Positions 34,485 to 44,934 of a DNA stretch of 64,000 bases are shown one piece after another (positions within the stretch are counted from its first letter, which is position 1; every line of letters begins with the position of its first letter). This stretch comes from a virus. Lineage: Duplodnaviria; Caudoviricetes. Both the position numbers and the translations under genes were made by a program. The notes under the pieces were generated by a model. The model made no database searches. It was not told the origin of the DNA and worked only from the letters and a program-made list of their open reading frames with translations. Location of the stretch: positions 1 to 64,000 of IMG/VR virus record IMGVR_UViG_3300033068_000427; one strand, written 5' to 3'.

Positions 34485-34724
34485 ATGAACGAAGTTTATT
34501 ACCGAATTTACCTTACTCGCGACAACCTATTCACTGTCGTGTGTATGCAGGAATTCGATGAGATCGACTATGAGCAATGTAGGTTTTTGACAGGTCCGTG
34601 TACGGGGAAGTTAATATTTACAACAGAGGAATCTGCAAAAGTGTACCTAAATGACAATATCAAAGATGACTTCATCTGTGCCGAATTTAAGCATTTCCCT
34701 TCGTTTGTTCTGTTTAGGAAATAG
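34485..34724 (+). CDS. Hypothetical protein
   Basis: First rightward ORF after the promoter. Confidence 0.6.
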   Translation: MNEVYYRIYLTRDNLFTVVCMQEFDEIDYEQCRFLTGPCTGKLIFTTEESAKVYLNDNIKDDFICAEFKHFPSFVLFRK

Positions 34725-34729
34725 CTCAA

Positions 34730-34960
34730 ATGGCCACACAAAGAAGAGGAAGCTTTATGAACCAGTTTCAAAAGATCGGATTTTTCACTCCGTTGAACGA
34801 AGAGATTCTTCTGTATTGGGAGAAGACCAAGCACATAGAAGATGGTGTTCTCTTCATCCGCGCAGACGGTGAAATGGGCCACTACTTGTTTGACGGTGAG
34901 AGTCTGAATGACGAGCCTTCTCACTGGATGTACCTGCCCAAAGTTGCAAATGATTCATAG
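34730..34960 (+). CDS. Hypothetical protein (DUF551-like C-terminus)
   Basis: PSHWMYLP motif. Confidence 0.5.
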   Translation: MATQRRGSFMNQFQKIGFFTPLNEEILLYWEKTKHIEDGVLFIRADGEMGHYLFDGESLNDEPSHWMYLPKVANDS

Positions 34961-34983
34961 TCTAGATTGAGTCAATCTAGTTG

Positions 34984-35012
34984 TTGACAAGGGTTTCTCT
35001 AGCAGGTAAAGT
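34984..35012 (+). promoter_or_regulatory. Sigma70-like promoter
   Basis: TTGACA-N17-TAAAGT. Confidence 0.6.
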
Positions 35013-35701
35013 ATTTCCACAAACAGCAACACAATTACAGAGGTATTTATGAAAGACGGCACTAAGGTGAAAGTGAAGGCGCGCCAGACGGGACATGGTT
35101 TCCGCTTGGGGCAAATTGTTGAGCGCAGAGCCTCAGAACACGATGATGCTGCTCATTTCTGTGTCTCCTGCCTGAGAGGAGGGTGAGCACCCTCCTTACC
35201 CTGAGTGTAGGACGTACTGCCGGATGGTCAAGAAAGAGGGTGAGCCGTTTGTCGTGAAAATAGGTGTTGACAGAAGGGTTGGCGAGCTGTACATTGGCCC
35301 CATAAACAACGCAGACGCTATTGCGTCAAAGGAGAAGAGAATGTTTACTGCAGAAATGGTTCTTGATTTGGTCAAAAGTGCTCGTAAAACCTGCAAAGGG
35401 CTGGATGAGTGGATTGAACGTGATGTTGTCAGTCACTTTAAAAATACCCTGCGCTTCCGATGCAAGTTGCCCAAGTGGCTTTGCAAGTTAAAGCGTGGTC
35501 AGACCAGAAGTTCGTAGAGGAAATGCAGGACAGGGGTTTTGTAGTGTCTGAGTTAAAATTGCTAGAAGGCTCTGCTCGGCTGGGGGATGTTTATGTATAT
35601 GAGATCACTCTTTCTTAAGTTAATTCAGTCTTTGAATACTGAAAGTCAAAAGGAATGCAAGTGGTTTGGGAAGACATTCTGAAAGAATTTGGAGAAGAGA
35701 A

Positions 35702-36082
35702 ATGAACACTAAGAACATCGTTAAACTTGGCATTGCAGCCATTGTTGCATCTGCCCTGCACACCAATGCTGTGGCAGCAGAGAAGCAAGGGTACATTCTC
35801 ACTGAAGCTGATATCCGGCATTGTGGGCTAATTGAAAAATATGCTAAATCCGCCGCAAAAGGCGCTCAGATGGGCGTCCCCTACTCTAAGGCGCTTGCTG
35901 CTCTGCACGATTCAAAGTTTGAACAGGATACCTACTCTGGTTTGAAGGCAGTTCTTGATGGGGCACACAAACAACATAAATACTTCAGCGAAGAACTGCA
36001 AGAGCGTGTAGCTACGGAATATGCGGATAAGTGGTTTAAGGCTTGCACTGATGCCATTATTGAAGATGAAGAGGGTCGGTAG
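35702..36082 (+). CDS. Exported small protein with signal peptide
   Basis: MNTKNIVKLGIAAIVASALHTNAVA|AE; two Cys. Confidence 0.7.
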   Translation: MNTKNIVKLGIAAIVASALHTNAVAAEKQGYILTEADIRHCGLIEKYAKSAAKGAQMGVPYSKALAALHDSKFEQDTYSGLKAVLDGAHKQHKYFSEELQERVATEYADKWFKACTDAIIEDEEGR

Positions 36083-36087
36083 GCAAA

Positions 36088-36273
36088 ATGGAAGATTTCG
36101 TTAGAAAGGCTATTGAAGAGTACCTGATCGAGTGTTCTGTGAACGTCGATGTATCAGAATATTGGGAAAGCTCGGGTAGGTATTTCAGGGTTAGTGTTAC
36201 GATAAACGCGCCAGACGGAAAAGAGCTGGTTCCAAATTGCCAACCTGGGTATATGCTGATACCTTTTGACTAA
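36088..36273 (+). CDS. Hypothetical protein
   Basis: Co-oriented small ORF. Confidence 0.55.
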   Translation: MEDFVRKAIEEYLIECSVNVDVSEYWESSGRYFRVSVTINAPDGKELVPNCQPGYMLIPFD

Positions 36274-36575
36274 TGATTGACAATTTTGGGGTGAGCAAGA
36301 TGGAAGGTTTTATTATTGCGGCTGTAATTGTGGCTTGGTTTGCTTCAGTGGTCTTCTGCTTCGATAGAGCCATTAGGTCGAGCCACCCGTACGCATGGAT
36401 GCTCAGCGGAGTGATGCTGGTAGTTCTTGGGTTTGGTTTTGTGATTCAAGCGAGCATAGATTCTAACAACACCGGCTCGTGCCTTGCATACGAAGAGCGT
36501 AGCGTGTACGATCCTGCTTTGAAGATTATGCGTAAAGTGGATGTTTGTGTTGAGCGAGGAGTGTGGAAAGAATGA
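36273..36575 (+). CDS. Membrane protein (2 TM)
   Basis: Two hydrophobic segments. Confidence 0.6.
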   Translation: MIDNFGVSKMEGFIIAAVIVAWFASVVFCFDRAIRSSHPYAWMLSGVMLVVLGFGFVIQASIDSNNTGSCLAYEERSVYDPALKIMRKVDVCVERGVWKE

Positions 36576-36657
36576 TCGCAATTATTGCTGGGTTTTCTAT
36601 AACTGTGTTGATTGTGCTACTCGCTATTTTCGACTATTCGAAAGAGGATGAAACGAG

Positions 36658-36924
36658 GTGATTATTCAAGTACAAGGTCACGCTGTAGAGCTGGAGAACG
36701 TAACCTACACACCAGCAGAAGAAGGGTCTTACAGCTTTAATTCAGATAGCGATTGGGGTTATCTTGGTTATCCTGAGATTCTGGAGTATGATGTGATGCG
36801 CATTTCAATTGACGGGAAAGAATTGGATACATCTGAGAAGGAGTGTTTCCTTGCTGTGTTTGGTGATGAAGTGTATAGTGAGGCGCTAGAGCAGATTAAG
36901 CAGGAGCAATTCTATGAGCCCTAA
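36658..36924 (+). CDS. Acidic hypothetical protein
   Basis: GTG after GAGG. Confidence 0.65.
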   Translation: MIIQVQGHAVELENVTYTPAEEGSYSFNSDSDWGYLGYPEILEYDVMRISIDGKELDTSEKECFLAVFGDEVYSEALEQIKQEQFYEP

Positions 36925-37123
36925 CACCATCGAAGCTATTGTTGACGTTGTTGTGTACGAACGTGGTTCAAATGTAGAGCACGGCCACATACAGATTTCG
37001 ATTTCATACGGGATCGAGGCAAAGTCGAAGGATATTTTTGATAATGTTATTGAGCATTGTAAACAGGCTCATGGTGATAAGTTTTTCTACAGAATCAAAA
37101 ATATACTCAAGTGGAATATCTGA
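36914..37123 (+). CDS. Hypothetical protein, paralog A
   Basis: NTIEAIVDVVVYERGSN...GDKFFYRIKNILK. Confidence 0.75.
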   Translation: MSPNTIEAIVDVVVYERGSNVEHGHIQISISYGIEAKSKDIFDNVIEHCKQAHGDKFFYRIKNILKWNI

Positions 37124-37363
37124 GGAAGAAAATGAACACTATTGGTAACAACACTATCGAAGCTATTGTTGACGTTGTTGTGTACGAACGTGGCTCAAAT
37201 GCAGAGTACAACTACATACAGCTTGCAATTTCTTATGGCGTCGGAGCAAGCTCCAGCGATATCTATGACAGTGTTATTGCTCGATGTAAAGAAAAATACG
37301 GCGATAAGTTTTTCTACAGGATCAAAAATATCCTTAAATGTAATATCTGAGGAAGAAAATGAA
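36923..37363 (+). repeat. Tandem duplication, 227-bp period
   Basis: AACACxATCGAAGCTATTGTTGACGTTGTTGTGTACGAACGTGG and AATATCTGAGGAAGAAAATGAA both recur at +227. Confidence 0.9.
37132..37350 (+). CDS. Hypothetical protein, paralog B
   Basis: Same motifs as paralog A. Confidence 0.75.
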   Translation: MNTIGNNTIEAIVDVVVYERGSNAEYNYIQLAISYGVGASSSDIYDSVIARCKEKYGDKFFYRIKNILKCNI

Positions 37364-37613
37364 TAGACTAACAAAAGAACAGCTATCGTCCACCATCGGT
37401 CATTTTTCTTGGGACTTTGGTCAGAATTTCTTTATTGAGACGGAGTTCGGTAATTTCGTTTGGTCTAGTCCTAGCTATTACGGAACGAACATCATCCGAC
37501 GGTTTAATGGATCATTGAAGGATTACATAAAACAGAGTAAAATCCCTTATGTACGAGATAAGGGTAAACACATTGTTTCTAGCTATTGTGGCGATTCTTG
37601 GAGTCTTGAGTGA
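37359..37613 (+). CDS. Hypothetical protein
   Basis: Co-oriented ORF. Confidence 0.6.
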   Translation: MNRLTKEQLSSTIGHFSWDFGQNFFIETEFGNFVWSSPSYYGTNIIRRFNGSLKDYIKQSKIPYVRDKGKHIVSSYCGDSWSLE

Positions 37614-37903
37614 TGAATGTTAAGGATATAAAAGACTTTTCTAAACTAATCGGCCTTGATAGCATTACCTTCTCCTGCGGCAGATATAGACGGGATGATG
37701 TGGCCATAGATATCCTGAATGCCACACTTGAAACAAACTACAAGGTTCTGTTCAGGAAAGAAAGTGCAGGGTTGACCTCGAACTGGAGCGAGAAAGATAT
37801 CGACTGGTCTGGAGAAGATTTCTTTGTTTTAACTGAAAAGAATCGACTGCTGTGGTTCACCAACTCGGAGTGGGCATCATTTGGCGAGGTCATTAATGGG
37901 TAA
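37610..37903 (+). CDS. Hypothetical protein
   Basis: Coupled ORF. Confidence 0.6.
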   Translation: MMNVKDIKDFSKLIGLDSITFSCGRYRRDDVAIDILNATLETNYKVLFRKESAGLTSNWSEKDIDWSGEDFFVLTEKNRLLWFTNSEWASFGEVING

Positions 37904-38105
37904 TATCAGTACATACGCCGCTTGGTACAATCGAATTAAAGCACTAGGAGCTGTTCTGCTTATCCTTGTTATGGGGATATTTGTTCCTGTTACGATTGCT
38001 TTGGTTGACGCAGCAGAGACTTTCGTTCTGTCGATGAAGCGGGAATATTCTGGATTTATTGAAGCCCTTAAAGTCGGGTTTGAAATGATTAAGGATGGAG
38101 AATAG
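37881..38105 (+). CDS. Small membrane protein
   Basis: One long hydrophobic segment. Confidence 0.55.
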   Translation: MARSLMGNISTYAAWYNRIKALGAVLLILVMGIFVPVTIALVDAAETFVLSMKREYSGFIEALKVGFEMIKDGE

Positions 38106-39945
38106 GGTGGCGGCTGATAGTGGTGCGGTAGGCAGTAGTTTTATTGTGAAGCGTTATGGGGCGGAGATTGATCTGTCGGTGGAAGGCAAAGTGCAGTGTC
38201 CTCGCTGCGCGTCTAAAGGTGGCGATGCGTCTAAGAATAACCTGCACCGTTATGGCTTAGATGAGAGCGGAAAGCATCGTGGGGCGAAGTGCTTTGCCTG
38301 TGATATGGTTATCCCAAGCCAGCAATGGCTAGAAGAAAACAGTGAACAACAAATTGAAGAGGAGATTGAGCTAGTGGGCAGTCATTTTGATGAAGCAGTG
38401 CATGAGAAGCTGAAAGGCATTACTGGCGTTGATCCGAAGGGTTATCGTGGACTGAGTAAGGAAGTTTGTTCTTACTTTGGGGTTCGTCACGAGTACAGTG
38501 AAGAGGACGGCTCCGTTGTAGCTCAGTATTACCCCGTTACTTCCAGTGGAAGCTTGACAGGCTATAAGAAGCGCATTGCCAATCCGAAAGGTTTTGCTGC
38601 TATTGGGGAGACTGGTAAGGACTGCGACTTGTTCGGTTGGTTCCGGTTCAAGAATTCAAGTGGCAAGTATGTTGTCATTGCAGCCGGAGAGATCGACATG
38701 CTGTCCACTTTCCAAATGCTTAAATCCTACAACGACAGCCGTGGCGGTGAGTATGAACCGATTCCTGTTGTAAGCAGTACTGTTGGTGAGAGTGGGGTAA
38801 AACAATTCCAGTCGCACTATGAGTGGTTCAATCGGTTTGAGCGTATTGTGGTGATCCCAGACCAAGACGCTCCCGGTAAAGCAGCACTTGATAAGATTGT
38901 TAAAGTACTGCCAAAGAACAAAGTATTTGTTATGAGCCTTCCAATGAAGGACAGCAATGAAATGCTGAAGGCTGGTAAGCAAAAGGAGTTTATCAACGCA
39001 TTTTTTCGGGCAAGCTCCTACACACCGGATGGCATTGTTGCTAGTGACCAACTACTAGATAAGATTAAGGAGGCAGCGGAAGTACCTAAAATCCCCCTCC
39101 CACCGTTTATGCACAAACTCCAAGGGTTGATGGCAGGGGGAATTCCGCTTGGAGTCACTCTCTGCCTCGGTTCAGCCTCGGGCCAAGGCAAGAGTACCTA
39201 TGTAGAAGAACTAACCTACTTCATGATCTTCAACAGCCCACATCGGGTTGGCGTTGTCTCTCTGGAGTCGGACTGTGCTCAGTATGGCACTAAGCTTCTT
39301 TCTCGACACATTAAGAAGAAGATTGACCTAATTGATGACCCCGACTATAAACGGGATTTCCTAAACTCTGATGAAATTGCAACTAAGGCTGATGAGCTGT
39401 TCAAACACCCTGACGGCAGTCCTCGCTTCCACTTAATTGAGGAACGGAACGGCAGTCTTGAGGGCATGAAGGAGCTTATTATGGAGCTTGTGATTGCTTG
39501 TGATTGCCGAGTAGTTATCCTTGATCCACTACAGGATTTGCTGGATGCACAACCCCTCGATGCACAGTCCGGCTTTATGAGTTGGATCAAAGGGATGATG
39601 AAAAGTCATGGTGTCACCTTTGTACTTGTAAATCACCTCCGTAAAAGTGGCAGCGGGGCAAAAGCCAACTCTGCTGGTGCAGACATTCACGAGGAAGACT
39701 TCATGGGACATAGTAGTATTTTTAAGAGCAGTGCTTGTAACCTCCTATTCACCCGTAATAAAGAGGCGGAGGATGAGTTTAGCCGCAACGTGACTACTAT
39801 GAAAATGACCAAGTGCCGGTGGACGGGCAGAACTTCTCCGGTTGCTGGTAAGTTCTACTACTGCAACGAAACTCACACACTGCACGATCTCGATGATTAT
39901 CTCGCAGAGAATCCGCAAGCGCTACCAGAAGGAGTTGATTTCTAA
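38095..39945 (+). CDS. Primase-helicase (T7 gp4-like)
   Basis: CPRC...CFAC zinc finger, TOPRIM (AAGEIDM, PDQDAPG, KDSNE), GSASGQGKS, ILDPLQ, LVNHLRK. Confidence 0.93.
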   Translation: MENRVAADSGAVGSSFIVKRYGAEIDLSVEGKVQCPRCASKGGDASKNNLHRYGLDESGKHRGAKCFACDMVIPSQQWLEENSEQQIEEEIELVGSHFDEAVHEKLKGITGVDPKGYRGLSKEVCSYFGVRHEYSEEDGSVVAQYYPVTSSGSLTGYKKRIANPKGFAAIGETGKDCDLFGWFRFKNSSGKYVVIAAGEIDMLSTFQMLKSYNDSRGGEYEPIPVVSSTVGESGVKQFQSHYEWFNRFERIVVIPDQDAPGKAALDKIVKVLPKNKVFVMSLPMKDSNEMLKAGKQKEFINAFFRASSYTPDGIVASDQLLDKIKEAAEVPKIPLPPFMHKLQGLMAGGIPLGVTLCLGSASGQGKSTYVEELTYFMIFNSPHRVGVVSLESDCAQYGTKLLSRHIKKKIDLIDDPDYKRDFLNSDEIATKADELFKHPDGSPRFHLIEERNGSLEGMKELIMELVIACDCRVVILDPLQDLLDAQPLDAQSGFMSWIKGMMKSHGVTFVLVNHLRKSGSGAKANSAGADIHEEDFMGHSSIFKSSACNLLFTRNKEAEDEFSRNVTTMKMTKCRWTGRTSPVAGKFYYCNETHTLHDLDDYLAENPQALPEGVDF

Positions 39946-39948
39946 TTT

Positions 39949-40767
39949 ATGGTGTTTAAAATTGGAAGCAAAAGGGCTAAAGTTGGTGACGTTATGAAGA
40001 ATAACGAAGGCTATAGTCTAGAAGTTATTGCCTATGAAAACGCAAACAACGTAACCATTCGTTGGCTTGATTGTGGGACAGAGGAGGTGACAGCGGCAGG
40101 CAATATTTCACGAGGTATGATTAAGTACCTCAACAAACCAAGTGTGTTTGGAGTAGGTTATTTAGGTTACGGGAGATTTGTACCCGGAGAGAAGCGTCTA
40201 ACCGAAGGGCAGATTCGTCTGCCAACCCATTTGCACCGTCACTGGAGGCATGTGCTCGAAAGGGCACTTCCGGGGGTAAGGGACGTTCCACGATACGAAG
40301 ACGCTGAAGTATGTCCAGAGTGGCATAACTTCCAAAACTTTGGTGAGTGGGCGATTCTTCAAAAGAACCACGATGGCGTTGAAAACAATGGACGACTTTG
40401 GCACCTAGATAAAGATATCCTAGTAAGCGGAAACAAGCTCTATAGTCCAAATACATGTTGCTTTGCTCCTAATGAAGTTAATGTGTTCTTCACTAAGAAG
40501 GATATTGGCAACACTGGCTACTTTGGTGTTAATGAAATTGGAGGCAAACGGGCAACCTATAAGACTGGATATATTGCTCGATGCACTGTGAATGGCATTC
40601 GTGAGTATCTTGGATTTTATGACACACCAGAAGAAGCATTCTTTGTTTACGCAGATGCCAAAGAAAGGGCTGCAAGAGAGCTTGCAAAGAAATGGGAAGG
40701 TATTGTAGATGACCGCATAACCAACCTACTTTACGCATATGAATTTGATAGGACTTGTGTGCAATAG
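39949..40767 (+). CDS. Free-standing HNH homing endonuclease
   Basis: HWRHVLER...WHNFQNF...LDKDIL..GNKLYSPNTCCF...YLGFYDTPEEAF. Confidence 0.85.
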   Translation: MVFKIGSKRAKVGDVMKNNEGYSLEVIAYENANNVTIRWLDCGTEEVTAAGNISRGMIKYLNKPSVFGVGYLGYGRFVPGEKRLTEGQIRLPTHLHRHWRHVLERALPGVRDVPRYEDAEVCPEWHNFQNFGEWAILQKNHDGVENNGRLWHLDKDILVSGNKLYSPNTCCFAPNEVNVFFTKKDIGNTGYFGVNEIGGKRATYKTGYIARCTVNGIREYLGFYDTPEEAFFVYADAKERAARELAKKWEGIVDDRITNLLYAYEFDRTCVQ

Positions 40768-40827
40768 GAGGCTTGACAGCCTCCCCCATTTTATGAAAGA
40801 ATTCAACCACTTAAAACGGAGGCTGTA

Positions 40828-42917
40828 ATGCACCACGAAATTGTTCTCGATATTGAAAGTAATGGGTTTATTTTTGAATCAACACAGGTGTGGACAGTTT
40901 GCGGTGAGAATGTAACAACCGGGGAAAAGATTAAAGTTAACCCATTCACCGATGTTCATGCTAAGCAGAAACTTCTTAACTTCATCTTCACATCTGAAAA
41001 GCCCTTTGTGGTAGGCCACTTTTGGCTCGGATTTGATAGCTTTGTTCTTCAGAACTTGCTGGACATCAACTTCACTGTCGGAAAGGACACCATTTGCGGG
41101 CGACCAGTTCAGTTTATTGACACGCTGTATTTAAGCATGTTTCTGAATCCGGATCGTCAAGGTCACAGTATTGAGTACTTCGGCCAGCTTCTCGGTTTGG
41201 AGAAAATTGACTATAGGCAAAGACTGATTGAGCTTGGGGAGCTTGATAAGAATGCGCCCGATGGTGCCGAGTTTGAGAAATGGCATCCTGAGATGGATGT
41301 ATACTGTGAGCGTGACGTCTCTGTTAACGCAAAAGTTCTAAACTATTTGAAGCAAGAGTGGAAGGAAGTTTATAAGAAAGACTTTGAAATCACAGATGCT
41401 TTCCGTTGTGGGCAGAAATCTTTTTACCTAATGTCATGTCAGGAATTGACCGGATTTAAATTTGATATTGAGGGTGCTCAAAGCCTTAAAATCCGTATTC
41501 AGCAAATGATGGAGGAAATCCGCGCAGAAGTGGAGCCAAAACTCCCTCCTCGTGAACTTAAGAAGGGAGAGCAGAAAGAATATACTATGCCTGCTCGTCC
41601 CTTTAAGAAGGATGGATCACTCTCAACAGTAATGGAAAAGTGGATTGAGAGACACAACGGTGTTCAAGTTGATAATGGCAAGTGGATTTTTTATGGAAAA
41701 GAATACCCTGTTATTGGCGGACAACAGCTAGATGTGAAGCTCCCGATGGAGATGGCTAACCAAGACCAGATGAAGGATTGGTTCCTACAGAACAATTGGA
41801 AGCCAACATTGTTCAATTATCGACGCGGCCCTGATGGAAAGCCGATGCGTGATCCAAAGACACGTAAGTTGATACCCACAAGTCCGAAGATTCAAGAAGC
41901 AGGGAAGATTTGTCCTAATCTGTTAAGAATGGAAGCTGATATTGTAAAGCAAGTGGTGAAGTGGTTAAGTCTACGAAATCGCTTATCAGTACTAGAGGGG
42001 TGGCTAAATAACCCGCGCTTGAAGATGGATGGTCGAATTGGCGCAGGCCGAACTGGAATTGCAGCGACGCACAGGCAAAAGCATAAAGTTGTAGTGAACG
42101 TCCCGAAGGCATCTGACAAGGTTTTGCTTGGAAAGGAGTTCCGTTCTCTGTGGATTGCTGAAGAAGGCATGTTGATTGCGGCTGGGGACGCTGCTGCGCT
42201 TGAAGGAAGGGTACAAGGGCACTACTGCTATAAGTATGACAATGGTGAAACTGCTGATGAGCTACTGAATGGTGATGTCCACAGTAAAAACGTATGTGCA
42301 TTTTACGGACACATTGACGAAGTAAAAAGTTTTGATATCAAATCGGAGGATTTTAATAAAGATGATCCTTTGTGGAAGCCATACCGCGACAAGAGTAAGA
42401 ACGGCTATTACTGCATTATGTACGGTGGTGGTGGGCCTAAAGTGGCATCAACCCTTGGTTTGCCAGAGAAAATGGGTCAAGAAAAGCTTGATGCTTTTTG
42501 GGATGCCAACATAGCTACAAAACAGCTCCGTGATAACCTAGAGAAGTATTGGAAAAGCGTTGGACGTGAAAAATACCTTCCGGCAATTGATGGGCGGATG
42601 TTGTGCACACGCAAGAAGTCTGCGCTTCTAAACACTATCTTCCAGTCATGTGGTGGTATAGTCATGGACTATGCAGGCTGCTTCATGGATGCGTGGCTTG
42701 GTGGGATCGTAAACCCTTTTATGAGTATAAGGGGCACGTTGTTCGACGCATTGCCTACGTGCACGATGAGGTAGAATTTGAATGCGATGAAGCAATTGCA
42801 CCAGAAATTGCAAAGATGATCGAGAAAGCGATTGAGCGTGCTGGACAGCATTTGAAGCTCAAAGTCCCACTTGCCGGTGAAGGTAAGTTTGGAAAATCAT
42901 GGAAAGAAGTTCACTAA
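40828..42917 (+). CDS. polA: DNA polymerase family A, with a -1 frame break near 42714-42720
   Basis: Exo motifs LDIESN, GHFWLGFD, YCERDV; motif A AGDAAALEGR, motif B RDKSKNGYY; motif C VHDE lies only in the overlapping -1 frame ORF 42603-42917. Confidence 0.9.
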
Positions 42918-43204
42918 TAGCCCTTGCAGCCTTCTCTGAAGGCTGCTACCATCACCAACGCTAAAAGGAAATCCCTCGACTACACTGACTTCATGTGTTT
43001 CATCAGAAACCACCCTAGAAAATAAAAACAATTTCTCTTGTACTGTCACGAGAAGGGCGTAAACTGCGTTGCGTGGAACTATCCACCACAGTGGGTCACA
43101 TCCTCACTCTTGTTGGTAGTCACTGAACACCAAAATAAATAGCTTGCAGGCTCTTCACGGGCCTGCTATAATAATTCCCACAAAGACAAAAGGACTGGAT
43201 AGAA

Positions 43205-43402
43205 TTGAAGAACACAAACACCCTAAAGAAACGCTATCGCCTCTTCTGCAAAGAAGATGGCGGAAGGCTGCGCATCACAGAGCTAGAAATTTCTCAAAAA
43301 GACTTGTTGCTTCTACTTTCAAAACAAGATACAATGCGCAAGATGTTTAAGGAGGACGGAAATATCGTTGTTAAGGGCGCTGTCCTTGCTGTTGTCAACT
43401 AA
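43205..43402 (+). CDS. Hypothetical protein
   Basis: TTG after GGA; 65 aa. Confidence 0.5.
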   Translation: MKNTNTLKKRYRLFCKEDGGRLRITELEISQKDLLLLLSKQDTMRKMFKEDGNIVVKGAVLAVVN

Positions 43403-43509
43403 CCACCCACCATCTGAATGAAGAGGCTCAAATGCACTAGCTATACACCAATTCTTATCCGACAATCTCATTGCAACAAACTAATAGCAGACAATCTTAA
43501 GGAAACAAA

Positions 43510-44238
43510 ATGACCAATCAAGCCCGAGCCATCTCCATCATCGTTAAAGACCTTCCTAAGAAAGGCACTCTCGACACTGTTAACCTCTACCTGAAGAACG
43601 TCCCTGTATTCTATCCTGTAGTTCACGAACCCAAGACCAAGTACCAGTCCCAAGATCGTGAATACAGCCTCACCGCTTTCGTTGACGAGGCTACCAAAGA
43701 CAAGCTGCTCGATGAAGTGATGCTCAACAAAACCTTTGCTCAAGTGGGCAAGGATAAAACCAGCAAGCCGCCTCGTCGCATTAAGTATCCTCTGTCTTCT
43801 CAAGTAGAAGAGGGTAAGATCAATTACGACATTGTTGATGGTATGTTTGGCTTTAGTGTAGCTAAGCCGGAGTTCAGTAAAGCTGGTAAGAAGATGGCTG
43901 TGAACGTCATTGATACCGAAGGTAAAGCCTTCACTGAGAACATTGGTAATGGTAGCATCTGCACCCTGAAGCTGTTCGGCTACCGCAACCAAGATGGTCA
44001 GCTCACTGTCACCCTGGACACTGTTCAAGTGGTTGAACACGTTGCTTACGAGCAGAAAGGTGGTAACGGCGGTGTTGTGGAAGATGATGTATTTGGTGTA
44101 AGCTACCAAATCAAGAAAGCTGAAGATGCTGTAAAGGCTGATGCGGAAGAAAGTCATGGTCAGGTTCAGCCTCAACAAGTTGCTGTGAAGCAATCGGCAA
44201 AGGTTGCCGAAGAAGAGTTTGATGACGCACCGTTCTAA
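43510..44238 (+). CDS. ssb: Single-stranded DNA-binding protein (T7 gp2.5-like)
   Basis: IGNGSICTL OB-fold motif, acidic tail ending EEEFDDAPF; position after the polymerase. Confidence 0.75.
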   Translation: MTNQARAISIIVKDLPKKGTLDTVNLYLKNVPVFYPVVHEPKTKYQSQDREYSLTAFVDEATKDKLLDEVMLNKTFAQVGKDKTSKPPRRIKYPLSSQVEEGKINYDIVDGMFGFSVAKPEFSKAGKKMAVNVIDTEGKAFTENIGNGSICTLKLFGYRNQDGQLTVTLDTVQVVEHVAYEQKGGNGGVVEDDVFGVSYQIKKAEDAVKADAEESHGQVQPQQVAVKQSAKVAEEEFDDAPF

Positions 44239-44472
44239 GTAGATAAAACATCCAAGGGCGTCTACATTGACGCCCTCCCTTCCAAACACAAGACGAGGAA
44301 GCCTTTATGTACGGTGAAATTATGTTTAAAGACGAGAGCTGTCAAAACTATACCCAGGGTCAGGCTAAAGACGATCTAGCTTTTAAGTGTGAAATTGGTA
44401 ATAATACTAGTCAAGCAGCAGCCATTCAAACTGACCTGAACAAGAGAGTGAGTTACAAGTTTATGGAGAAAG

Positions 44473-44694
44473 ATGATGAGTGAGCAAACGTGGAAGTTTA
44501 GTAAGGGCAGTGGCTCCATTGGTCTTCTCAATCTGCTGGGTCTAATCTTTGTTACACTTAAACTGGCGGGTATTGGTGCAGTGGCTAACTGGTCTTGGGG
44601 GGCTGTGCTTTCCCCATTCTGGGTTCCTGTTGCTATTGTGGTTGTTCTGATCCTGTTCCTTGTAACATTTGGTCTATTCTATAATAAGAAGTAG
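44473..44694 (+). CDS. Small membrane protein
   Basis: LGLIFVTLKLAG...WSWGAVLSPFW family motif. Confidence 0.7.
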   Translation: MMSEQTWKFSKGSGSIGLLNLLGLIFVTLKLAGIGAVANWSWGAVLSPFWVPVAIVVVLILFLVTFGLFYNKK

Positions 44695-44934
44695 GTGAAA
44701 TTAAGAATGTCAAATAATCAGATTATCACAGACCACTACGAACACATTGACAACGGTGGGGTTTACTTTAAACTTGTAGAAGACGACGGTTATCACACTC
44801 TAAGTATGAGTGCTTCGTTCTTCGGATACCCGTCTATCACTGCAAGCTTCAATTCTCTGACAGAAGACAACTTGATTGCTCTTGCAAAGCTTATCAACGA
44901 CCACCTCAACAAAACTGAAAAGGAAACTAACTAA
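44695..44934 (+). CDS. Hypothetical protein
   Basis: Co-oriented ORF. Confidence 0.55.
   Translation: MKLRMSNNQIITDHYEHIDNGGVYFKLVEDDGYHTLSMSASFFGYPSITASFNSLTEDNLIALAKLINDHLNKTEKETN

Noticed and set aside
43468-44289. Long antisense ORFs (this one, 1155-1682, 7356-7967, 45550-46137 and similar)
   Set aside because: They are shadows of well-supported genes on the opposite strand, without RBS or recognisable motifs.
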